DNA of 64,000 nucleotides from an uncultured Bacteroidales bacterium (lineage in GTDB: Bacteria; Bacteroidota; Bacteroidia; Bacteroidales; UBA10428): the NCBI GenBank assembly GCA_964438935.1, contig CAYTNC010000001.1, forward strand, positions 17,975 through 81,974, in the 5' to 3' direction. Within the stretch, counting starts at the first letter, position 1; each line of letters begins with the position of its first letter. Shown here in pieces: positions 10,398 to 18,635 of the stretch. Under the pieces are notes generated by a model. It had not been told where the DNA came from. It did not search any database and saw only the letters and a list, made by a program, of their open reading frames with translations. The translations under genes were made by a program, and so were the position numbers.

Positions 10398-12272
10398 TTG
10401 CTTAACGAAAAATATGACATCATTGTCGTGGGTGCAGGTCATGCAGGTTGCGAGGCTGCGCATGTTGCTGCTGTAATGGGTGCTAAGGTGCTGTTGATTA
10501 CCATGGACATGACAAAAATGGGCCAAATGTCCTGTAATCCTGCTATGGGAGGAATAGCTAAAGGTCAGATAGTCAAGGAAATAGACGCGTTAGGAGGAAT
10601 GTCCGGTATCATTACAGACCTTTCCATGATACAGTTCAGAATGCTGAATCGCTCCAAAGGGCCTGCTGTTTGGAGTCCTAGAGCCCAGTGCGACCGAATG
10701 GTGTTCAGTGCAGAATGGAGAAAAGCTATTGAGAACAATAAAAATATCCATTTGTGGCAGGATTCGGTTAATGAACTGAAGTTTGAAAACGAAAGGGTTT
10801 GTGGTGTAAGAACTATAATGGGAGCTGATTTTAGTGCTCAGGCTGTTATTTTGACAACGGGTACTTTTGAAAACGGGCTGATGCATGTTGGAAAGGTGAA
10901 GATGCCGGGCGGACGCATTTCAGAACCTGCTTCAGGGGGTATTACTGAACAGCTTTTACTTTTTGGCATCCGATCGGGCAGAATGAAGACGGGTACACCG
11001 GCACGGGTAGACGGAAGAACCATCAATTTTGATTTGATGGATGAGCAAAAGGGGGATGCTGATATCAGAAGATTCTCATATCTTGAGACCAGACTTCCTG
11101 AGAAACAACTCAGTTGTTACATTACTTATACAAATGATGACGTTCATGAGGAACTTCGAAAAGGATTCACTGATTCGCCATTATATAATGGAACCATAAA
11201 AAGTATTGGCCCCAGGTATTGCCCCAGTATTGAAACAAAAATTGTGACTTTTGGAGAACGCGATAGACACCAATTGTTTTTGGAACCTGAAGGATGGAAT
11301 ACAGCTGAGTATTATTTGAATGGGTTTTCTTCTTCCTTGCCTCTTCATGTTCAATACCAGGCTTTACGAAAAATTAAGGGTTTGGAACAGGTAGAGATTT
11401 TCAGACCGGGCTATGCCATTGAGTATGACTATTACCCCCCCGAACAGCTGAAACACAGTTTGGAGACAAGGAATGTTTCAAACCTGTTTTTTGCAGGTCA
11501 GATTAATGGAACAACTGGATATGAGGAGGCTGCAGCCCAGGGTCTCATGGCAGGAATTAATGCAATATTGAAAATTTCAGGAAAGCCGGACCTGGTTCTT
11601 GCGAGAAATGATGCCTATATTGGCGTTTTGATTGATGACCTCATTACAAAGGGTGTTGATGAACCTTACAGAATGTTTACTTCGCGTGCCGAGTATCGGA
11701 TTTTGTTGCGACAGGATAATGCTGATTTTCGTCTTACACCTAAGGCAATTGAATTAGGAATTGCCAACGAAGAAAGAAAAGTAAGGTATTTTGAGCGATT
11801 GCGTCAGCGGCAGAAACTGATGAAGTATTTTAAGGATACACGACTTTCTCCGGATGAAGCAAACACTTTACTGAGAGCTAGAGGTACGAATGAAATCAAA
11901 CAGAAAGTGAAATATGAAGAGCTTTTGTTACGACCGCAAGTTTCTATAATTGATTTGCTGGATATTGTGAGGTCTGCACAGCCTGATTTTTTTGAAGGTG
12001 AGCATTTTGAAATCGATCTTCTGGAGGCTGTAGAAGTAGAATGTAAGTACAAAGGATATATTGAGCGGGAGAAGTTGTTGGCCGAAAAGATAGAAAGATT
12101 AAACAGCATTAGAATTGACAATGGAGTAGAGTATGATTCACTTCATTCTATTTCAACTGAAGGCAGATTCAAGTTAAAGAAGTACAAACCCCAAACATTG
12201 GGCGAAGCTGCAAGAATTTCGGGCATTTCTCCGAGCGATATCAATGTGTTATTGCTCTATATGGGTAGATAA
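10398..12272 (+). CDS. mnmG: tRNA uridine-5-carboxymethylaminomethyl modification enzyme MnmG (GidA)
   Basis: FAD dinucleotide fold YDIIVVGAGHAGCEAA and GPRYCPSIE. The 624-aa length is typical. TTG start. Confidence 0.95.
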   Translation: MLNEKYDIIVVGAGHAGCEAAHVAAVMGAKVLLITMDMTKMGQMSCNPAMGGIAKGQIVKEIDALGGMSGIITDLSMIQFRMLNRSKGPAVWSPRAQCDRMVFSAEWRKAIENNKNIHLWQDSVNELKFENERVCGVRTIMGADFSAQAVILTTGTFENGLMHVGKVKMPGGRISEPASGGITEQLLLFGIRSGRMKTGTPARVDGRTINFDLMDEQKGDADIRRFSYLETRLPEKQLSCYITYTNDDVHEELRKGFTDSPLYNGTIKSIGPRYCPSIETKIVTFGERDRHQLFLEPEGWNTAEYYLNGFSSSLPLHVQYQALRKIKGLEQVEIFRPGYAIEYDYYPPEQLKHSLETRNVSNLFFAGQINGTTGYEEAAAQGLMAGINAILKISGKPDLVLARNDAYIGVLIDDLITKGVDEPYRMFTSRAEYRILLRQDNADFRLTPKAIELGIANEERKVRYFERLRQRQKLMKYFKDTRLSPDEANTLLRARGTNEIKQKVKYEELLLRPQVSIIDLLDIVRSAQPDFFEGEHFEIDLLEAVEVECKYKGYIEREKLLAEKIERLNSIRIDNGVEYDSLHSISTEGRFKLKKYKPQTLGEAARISGISPSDINVLLLYMGR

Positions 12273-12293
12273 CAAAGGATTAGAGCGTTTTAT

Positions 12294-12315
12294 AATTGTT
12301 CCACGTGGAACAATT
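12294..12315. repeat. perfect 22-bp palindrome AATTGTTCCACGTGGAACAATT
   Basis: I read it directly; it is self-complementary over all 22 nt with a CACGTG centre. It starts 22 nt after the mnmG stop, in the 181-bp mnmG/uvrC spacer, and has no following T tract. Confidence 0.8.
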
Positions 12316-12453
12316 GCTAAAATTCTCTTCAATATCATTGAGTTATCCACTTCATATTAACAATTTCTTTGATGTAAGTGCGTCATTTTTGCTTTATTTT
12401 GGTTTATTTCGATAGAATGAAATGGGGCATCAATTCTTTATATTTAGGTTTGC

Positions 12454-14256
12454 ATGGTAGAGAAGGATTATTTAACAAATTTAGTCAGCAAGTTACCTGG
12501 AAAACCGGGCGTATATCAATTTTTCAATAATGCCGGAGAAATCATTTATATTGGCAAAGCGAAGAATCTGAAAAACCGGGTTTCCTCCTATTTTTCTTCT
12601 ACAGAAGTTGGCAATTATAAATTGGGTGCCTTGCTGAGAAAGATAAATGACATTAAATACATTCTGGTCGAAAATGAGTCGGATGCCTTACTGTTGGAAA
12701 ACAACTTGATTAAGGAATATCAGCCCAGGTATAACATCCTGCTTAAAGATGATAAAACCTATCCTTGGATTGTAGTCAGAAGAGAGCCTTTTCCCCGGGT
12801 TTACATGACCCGAAATTTTGTAGAGGATGGTTCCATCTATTATGGCCCCTACACATCGGGCCTGATGGTGAAGACGCTTTTGGAGCTGATCAGGCAACTT
12901 TTCAAACTCAGAAATTGCAATTATCTGCTTTCACAAGTTAATATTGAAAAGCACAAGTTCAAAAGGTGCCTTGAATTTCATATGGGAAATTGTCTGGCTC
13001 CCTGTGAAGGACTTCAAAGTGAAGAAGAATATGAACAGTCGATTGAGCAGATTCACGAGATTCTTAAGGGGCAGATGCATACTGTGATCAGGCATTTAAA
13101 GAGCAAAATGGCTCATTATGCTGCACAACTTTTCTTTGAACAAGCAGAAATTGTAAAGAATAAGATAGAAATTTTGGAACGATTTCAGGGGAAATCAACC
13201 ATTGTGAACCCTAAGATGGGGGATATAGATGTTTTTTCAATGGTTGATGAAGATGAATTTTCCTATGTAAATTTTTTGAAAATAGTAAACGGAGCCATCG
13301 TTCAGGCCCACAATACAGAAATAGTGAAACGCCTGTCAGAAGACAAAAGTGAAATACTTGGGACAGTAATTTTTGATTTGCGCAAGCGTTTCAAAAGCAC
13401 AGCAAAAGAAATCATAGTTCCATTTGTTCCAGATATGATTATTGACGGAATAAAATGTACAATTCCATTCAAAGGAGATAAGAAACATATTTTGGATCTT
13501 TCACTCAGAAATGCTACTTCATATAGAAATGACAAACAAGCCTTGCGATCAAAAGACAAATGGACTGAAAAGGAGGACCAGGTGTTGGTTAAATTGAAGG
13601 AAGATCTCAGGATGAAGAAAATACCTGTCCATATTGAATGTTTTGACAATTCAAACATACAGGGAACCGAAGCGGTGGCATCATGTGTGGTATTTAAGAA
13701 TGGAAAACCAGATAAAAGTTCATACAGGCATTTTAATATTAAAACAGTTAGTGGACCGGATGACTATGCATCTATGGAAGAAGTTGTTGGTAGAAGGTAT
13801 CGGCGTATGCTTGATGAGAATCAGCCACTTCCTGATTTGGTTATCATTGATGGGGGGAAGGGCCAATTGCATGCTGCAGTGAAAAGCTTGAAATCTATCG
13901 GGGTATATGATAAAGTAGCCATTATCAGTATTGCCAAACGACTTGAAGAAATTTATCTGCCCGAGGATTCAGTTCCCTTATATTTGAATAAAGTTTCAGG
14001 CAGTTTACGTCTCATTCAAAGAATGAGAGATGAAGCGCACAGATTTGGAATTACTTTTCATCGGAAAAAGAGAAGTCAATCGCAACTTCATTCGCAATTG
14101 CTTGATATAAAGGGCGTTGGCCAAGTAACGCTCTTGAAATTGCAACAGGCTGGGATTGACATGAAACAACTGAGCCAGATGGATGCTGATCAGATCAGGA
14201 GTATTGTAGGCGAACGAGCTGCAAAGATGATTTTGAACTATTTTGCAAATAGTTAG
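12454..14256 (+). CDS. uvrC: excinuclease ABC subunit C
   Basis: GIY-YIG domain (GVYQFFNNAGEIIYIGKAKNLKNRVSSYF), a UVR-like region, an endonuclease V-like domain and a C-terminal HhH (IKGVGQVTLLKL). 600 aa. Confidence 0.95.
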   Translation: MVEKDYLTNLVSKLPGKPGVYQFFNNAGEIIYIGKAKNLKNRVSSYFSSTEVGNYKLGALLRKINDIKYILVENESDALLLENNLIKEYQPRYNILLKDDKTYPWIVVRREPFPRVYMTRNFVEDGSIYYGPYTSGLMVKTLLELIRQLFKLRNCNYLLSQVNIEKHKFKRCLEFHMGNCLAPCEGLQSEEEYEQSIEQIHEILKGQMHTVIRHLKSKMAHYAAQLFFEQAEIVKNKIEILERFQGKSTIVNPKMGDIDVFSMVDEDEFSYVNFLKIVNGAIVQAHNTEIVKRLSEDKSEILGTVIFDLRKRFKSTAKEIIVPFVPDMIIDGIKCTIPFKGDKKHILDLSLRNATSYRNDKQALRSKDKWTEKEDQVLVKLKEDLRMKKIPVHIECFDNSNIQGTEAVASCVVFKNGKPDKSSYRHFNIKTVSGPDDYASMEEVVGRRYRRMLDENQPLPDLVIIDGGKGQLHAAVKSLKSIGVYDKVAIISIAKRLEEIYLPEDSVPLYLNKVSGSLRLIQRMRDEAHRFGITFHRKKRSQSQLHSQLLDIKGVGQVTLLKLQQAGIDMKQLSQMDADQIRSIVGERAAKMILNYFANS

Positions 14257-14263
14257 TCAGGCG

Positions 14264-15241
14264 CTACTTGTTACGTTCAATAGTGTAATTGACAAATTCG
14301 GTAAGTGCTTCACGAATTTCCATATTCGGGAACTCATTGAGTTCGTTTAATGCTTGGGAAGCATATTCCTTCATTTTCATTTCGGCATAGGTAAGCCCTT
14401 TATGACTAACTATAAAGTCTGTCAAAATGCGAACCTTTTGCGAACTCTTATCCGTTGAATTGTTCATTATTTTAAGAATTCTTCGCTTTTCTGCCGAACC
14501 GGCTTGCTCCAATGCATGAATAAGGGGCAGAGTCAGTTTCTTTTCCTGGATATCGTTTCCAATGGGTTTGCCCGTAAGGCTATTAACCTGATAATCAAGT
14601 AAATCGTCTTTTATTTGAAAGGCAATTCCCAATAATTCTCCGAAGTAACGCATTTTAGTAACAATTTCCGGCGGTGTTTTCATGGATTGGGCTCCGCAAG
14701 CGCTGCAACTGGAAATGAGTGTAGCGGTTTTTTTCCGAATTATTTCAAAGTATTCGGGTTCAGAAATATTGAGTTTTCTGGATTTTTGAATCTGCATCAA
14801 TTCTCCTTCGCTCATTTCCTTAACGGCATTACTAACCAGGTCAAGTATTTCATATTCCTTTTTGTTTATTGCCAGCAGCAAACCTTTAGCTAAAAGAAAA
14901 TCACCCAGCAGCACGGCTATTTTTGATTTCCAGATTGCGTTTATTGAAAAGAAACCGCGCCTTTCATTTGACTCATCCACAACATCATCATGGATTAGTG
15001 TGGCTGTATGCAGAATTTCGATTAATGCAGCTGCGGTATAGGTGGACTCATTGGGTTTGCCAAAGAGCTTTGCAGTAAGAAAAACAAGGATGGGGCGCAT
15101 TTGCTTTCCTTTGCGTCGTAATAGATATTGCATGATTATATTGAGGAGAGACACCCGGGTTTTCATTTCAGCATGAAAGAAACCCTCAAAGAATTTGAGC
15201 TCATCCGCAATGTGGCGCTTTACTTTTTCTAGTTCTGCCAT
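14264..15241 (-). CDS. trans-polyprenyl diphosphate synthase (IspB-like, long chain)
   Basis: First and second Asp-rich motifs, LIHDDVVDES and QIKDDLLDY. 325 aa. Product chain length cannot be read from the sequence. Confidence 0.8.
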   Translation of the reverse strand: MAELEKVKRHIADELKFFEGFFHAEMKTRVSLLNIIMQYLLRRKGKQMRPILVFLTAKLFGKPNESTYTAAALIEILHTATLIHDDVVDESNERRGFFSINAIWKSKIAVLLGDFLLAKGLLLAINKKEYEILDLVSNAVKEMSEGELMQIQKSRKLNISEPEYFEIIRKKTATLISSCSACGAQSMKTPPEIVTKMRYFGELLGIAFQIKDDLLDYQVNSLTGKPIGNDIQEKKLTLPLIHALEQAGSAEKRRILKIMNNSTDKSSQKVRILTDFIVSHKGLTYAEMKMKEYASQALNELNEFPNMEIREALTEFVNYTIERNK

Positions 15242-15502
15242 TCCTTGTCAATTGTAATTTCAAAGTTAGCAATTATCTTTTTGTCAAAAGCAGCTCAATT
15301 GATCTCTCTGATTTTTGCAGACAGGCAAACGGATAGTTGTGATCTGGTTATACTTATAAAGAGGAATATGTATCAGGTAATCAGAATGCAAGGAGGAGTT
15401 TATTATATTATGCAATTCCAGGTCACTATTATTCATTAACCGGATATTCATTTTCAAGTATTTCTGCTAACTTTACTTTTTTACTAAATAATTACGAAGA
15501 CC

Positions 15503-15799
15503 ATGAAACTTGAAGGTCTTACCGCAGAGCAGCTTGAAAAAGCGGCTAACCTTCTGAAAGCAATTGCACATCCCATGCGCATTGCCATAATCAAGTATCT
15601 CGATGACGGCAAACAATTGAATGTTACTGAAATTCACGAGCACCTGAATATCGAGCAGTCAACCACATCGCATCACCTGGGTATTTTAAAAGACAAAGGT
15701 ATATTGGGCTCTAAAAGAGACGGTAAAAACACTTTTTACTATATTAAAAATGAGCATTTAAGCAGCATTATTGAATGTGTTCGTAAATGTACATGTTGA
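15503..15799 (+). CDS. ArsR/SmtB-family winged-helix transcriptional regulator
   Basis: 98 aa with the ArsR HTH pattern (LLKAIAHPMRIAIIKYL ... TSHHLGILKDKGIL). C-terminal CxC (RKCTC). Confidence 0.75.
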   Translation: MKLEGLTAEQLEKAANLLKAIAHPMRIAIIKYLDDGKQLNVTEIHEHLNIEQSTTSHHLGILKDKGILGSKRDGKNTFYYIKNEHLSSIIECVRKCTC

Positions 15800-15822
15800 A
15801 ATGTTGTGTATTGAATAACATT

Positions 15823-15851
15823 AAATCCGGGATGTGCTTCCGGATTTTTTT
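15823..15851 (+). terminator. intrinsic terminator downstream of the arsR-family gene
   Basis: AAATCCGG (15823-15830) pairs with CCGGATTT (15840-15847) across a 9-nt loop and runs into a T7 tract. It lies 24 nt after the stop at 15799. Confidence 0.75.
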
Positions 15852-15862
15852 ATCTTTTATTT

Positions 15863-18616
15863 ATGGAAAAACAACCACGCCTTTTTCTGTTTGATGCTTA
15901 TGCTCTCATTTACAGGGCATTTTACGCATTTATCAACCGGCCGATGATCAATTCAAAAGGAGTGAATACCTCAGCTATATATGGTTTCACAACAACGCTC
16001 ATGGACATTTTAAAGCGTGAAAACCCTGAATATGCTGCGGTGGTTTTTGATCCGCCGTCACCTACTTTCAGGCATGAAATGTACGATCAGTATAAGGCAA
16101 ACCGACTTGCAACTCCGGAAGAAATCAGAAAATCAATTCCGTGGATCAAATCCATAGTTGAAGCCTTTAACATTCCGGTAATTGAAGTAAGCCGCTACGA
16201 AGCGGATGATGTGATCGGAACATTGGCGCGAAAATCAGAGAAGGCCGGACTTATTACAATAATGGTTACTCCTGATAAGGATTACATGCAATTGGTCAAT
16301 GAACAAACATTTATGCTTAAACCTGCTAAATCGGCAGGTGAGTATGAATTGGTTGACGCTGCAAAAGTCAGGAGTTTTTTTGGCGTTGACGATACTTCCA
16401 GTGTCACCGATGTGCTGGCGCTGTGGGGAGATTCTTCTGACAACATTCCCGGCGCTCCGGGAATAGGAGAGAAGACGGCAAAAGAATTAATCAGCAAGTA
16501 CAAAACGCTTGAAAATCTGCTCAATCACGTTGCTGAACTGAAGCCTAAACAAAGGGAAAGCCTGATCACCCATCGGGAACAAATCAATCTTTCTTACCAA
16601 CTGGCTAAAATTGTTACCGATGTGCCGTTCGAACTAAATATCAACCATTTGCAGGTTCAGAAAAGTAATGAAACAAAATTAAAGGAGCTTTTTACAGATC
16701 TTGAATTCAAAACGCTCCTGGGTAGAATACTCAAAACTTCTGCTCCTGCACCGGTTCAGGGAAGTTTGTTTGCTGAAGTACCTGCATCAGAGTCGGAATA
16801 TACAGCAAAACTCAATTCAATCAGTATTGTACCGCATAATTATCATCTTGTTGCAAATGAGGAACAGCTGAACAACTTGTTACACTTATTGGCAAACCAG
16901 CAGGAGTTTTGTTTCGACACGGAAACAACGGGTTTGAATACGTGGGCAGCAGAAATGGTAGGCATGTCGTTTTCCTTTTCACCTCATGAGGCTTACTATG
17001 TGCCGGTACCAAAGGATCAGGCGGACCAACTTCTAAACCGATTCAGGCCTGTTTTCGGGAATGCTGCGATACGAAAAGTGGGACAGAATCTCAAGTTTGA
17101 TATTCAGGTGCTGATGAACTACAGCATTGCGGTGGAGGGTGAATTGTTTGATACCATGATCGCCCATTACCTCATTCAGCCTGATTTAAAACACAACCTG
17201 GATTACCTGGCTGAAATATACCTGAAATATAAGATGGTGCCCATTGAGGACCTCATCGGAAAGAAGGGAATAGGCCAGAAAAATATGCGTGATGTTGATC
17301 TGGACATAATTAAGGAATACGCTGGTGAAGATGCCGATATTACATGGCAGTTGTATTTGATTCTCAAGGATGAGCTGCAAAGCAGAAAATTGTGGCAACT
17401 TGCAATGGATGCGGAAATGCCGCTTGTCCGCGTACTTGCTGAGATGGAGCGTTCCGGTTTCCGGATCAACCGGGACAGCCTGAAGGAATACTCCGGTGTT
17501 CTTCAAAAGGAAATTTCGGGAATCGAATCTTCGATTTATGATGCTGCAGGAATTCAGTTCAACATCAACTCACCAAAGCAGTTGGGCGAAATCTTGTTTG
17601 AAAGAATGAAAATTGCTGATGGAACCCAAAAAACCAGGACAAAACAATTTTCAACAAGTGAAGAAGTATTGCAGAAACTTGTGGATAAACACCCGGTTGT
17701 GAATATGATATTGGAATACCGGGGTCTCCAGAAATTACTAAATACTTACGTTGATGCACTGCCGGTATTGATTGATAAGCGCTCGGGAAAGATCCATTCT
17801 TCTTTTGATCAGGCCTGGGTAAGTACGGGAAGACTCAGTTCACGAAACCCCAACCTGCAGAATATTCCCATACGCGATGAACGTGGTAAGGAAATACGCA
17901 AGGCCTTTATTCCTTCGGATGAAAGTAAGGTGCTGTTATCAGCGGATTACTCGCAGATTGAACTGCGGTTGATGGCACACCTGAGCAAAGATGAAAATAT
18001 GATTGCCGCCTTCGGTAATAACGAAGATATTCACGTTTCAACAGCTGCGAAAGTATTCAAGGTTCCTGAAAATGAAGTGACGCCATCCATGAGGAGCAGT
18101 GCGAAAACTGCCAACTTTGGCATCATTTACGGAATTTCTGCATTCGGATTATCCCAACGCCTGAACATCTCACGCAGTGATGCTTCAACTCTCATTCAGG
18201 GGTATTTCGACTCGTTTCCACAGGTTAAGGAGTATATGAACAATGCCATAATGCAGGCCAGAGAAAAGGGATATGTCGAAACCATTATGGGCCGAAGAAG
18301 ATATTTACCAGATATCAACTCATCAAATGCCATTGTCCGTGGGGTGGCTGAGCGCAATGCAATAAATGCTCCAATTCAGGGTTCTGCAGCCGATATTATC
18401 AAACTCGCCATGGTTAACATCCAGCGTAAATTACGTAATGGTTTTAAAACCACAATGATCCTTCAGGTACATGATGAACTGATTTTTGATGTATTCAGGG
18501 ATGAACTCGAAAGTATTGAAAAATTGGTGCGGCATGAAATGGAACAGGCAATGAACCTGGAAGTTCCACTGGTTGTTGATATAGGTACCGGTAATAACTG
18601 GCTTGAAGCCCACTAG
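15863..18616 (+). CDS. polA: DNA polymerase I
   Basis: 5' nuclease N-terminus (LFLFDAYALIYRAFYA), a 3'-5' exonuclease region (FCFDTETTGL), and polymerase motifs A (LLSADYSQIELRLMAH), B (RSSAKTANFGIIYG) and C (QVHDELIFD). 917 aa. Confidence 0.95.
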   Translation: MEKQPRLFLFDAYALIYRAFYAFINRPMINSKGVNTSAIYGFTTTLMDILKRENPEYAAVVFDPPSPTFRHEMYDQYKANRLATPEEIRKSIPWIKSIVEAFNIPVIEVSRYEADDVIGTLARKSEKAGLITIMVTPDKDYMQLVNEQTFMLKPAKSAGEYELVDAAKVRSFFGVDDTSSVTDVLALWGDSSDNIPGAPGIGEKTAKELISKYKTLENLLNHVAELKPKQRESLITHREQINLSYQLAKIVTDVPFELNINHLQVQKSNETKLKELFTDLEFKTLLGRILKTSAPAPVQGSLFAEVPASESEYTAKLNSISIVPHNYHLVANEEQLNNLLHLLANQQEFCFDTETTGLNTWAAEMVGMSFSFSPHEAYYVPVPKDQADQLLNRFRPVFGNAAIRKVGQNLKFDIQVLMNYSIAVEGELFDTMIAHYLIQPDLKHNLDYLAEIYLKYKMVPIEDLIGKKGIGQKNMRDVDLDIIKEYAGEDADITWQLYLILKDELQSRKLWQLAMDAEMPLVRVLAEMERSGFRINRDSLKEYSGVLQKEISGIESSIYDAAGIQFNINSPKQLGEILFERMKIADGTQKTRTKQFSTSEEVLQKLVDKHPVVNMILEYRGLQKLLNTYVDALPVLIDKRSGKIHSSFDQAWVSTGRLSSRNPNLQNIPIRDERGKEIRKAFIPSDESKVLLSADYSQIELRLMAHLSKDENMIAAFGNNEDIHVSTAAKVFKVPENEVTPSMRSSAKTANFGIIYGISAFGLSQRLNISRSDASTLIQGYFDSFPQVKEYMNNAIMQAREKGYVETIMGRRRYLPDINSSNAIVRGVAERNAINAPIQGSAADIIKLAMVNIQRKLRNGFKTTMILQVHDELIFDVFRDELESIEKLVRHEMEQAMNLEVPLVVDIGTGNNWLEAH

Positions 18617-18635
18617 AAATTCTGCCAATAAATTG

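Noticed and set aside
12343-12351. A DnaA-box-like TTATCCACT in the spacer next to mnmG (gidA), which raises the question of an oriC.
   Set aside because: There is only one 8/9 box. I saw no cluster of boxes, no clear AT-rich 13-mer-type unwinding element, and no dnaA or dnaN nearby. That is not enough to call an origin.
15245-15439. A 64-aa TTG-initiated ORF in the ispB-like/arsR divergent spacer.
   Set aside because: It has no motifs and no ATG start, and it occupies what must be the promoter region of two divergent genes.
15430-15452. A direct repeat of TATTCATT (15430-37 and 15445-52) about 50 bp upstream of the arsR-family gene, a possible operator.
   Set aside because: It is a short AT-rich 8-mer in an AT-rich 261-bp spacer, and it is direct rather than the inverted repeat expected for ArsR dimers. 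It could easily arise by chance.
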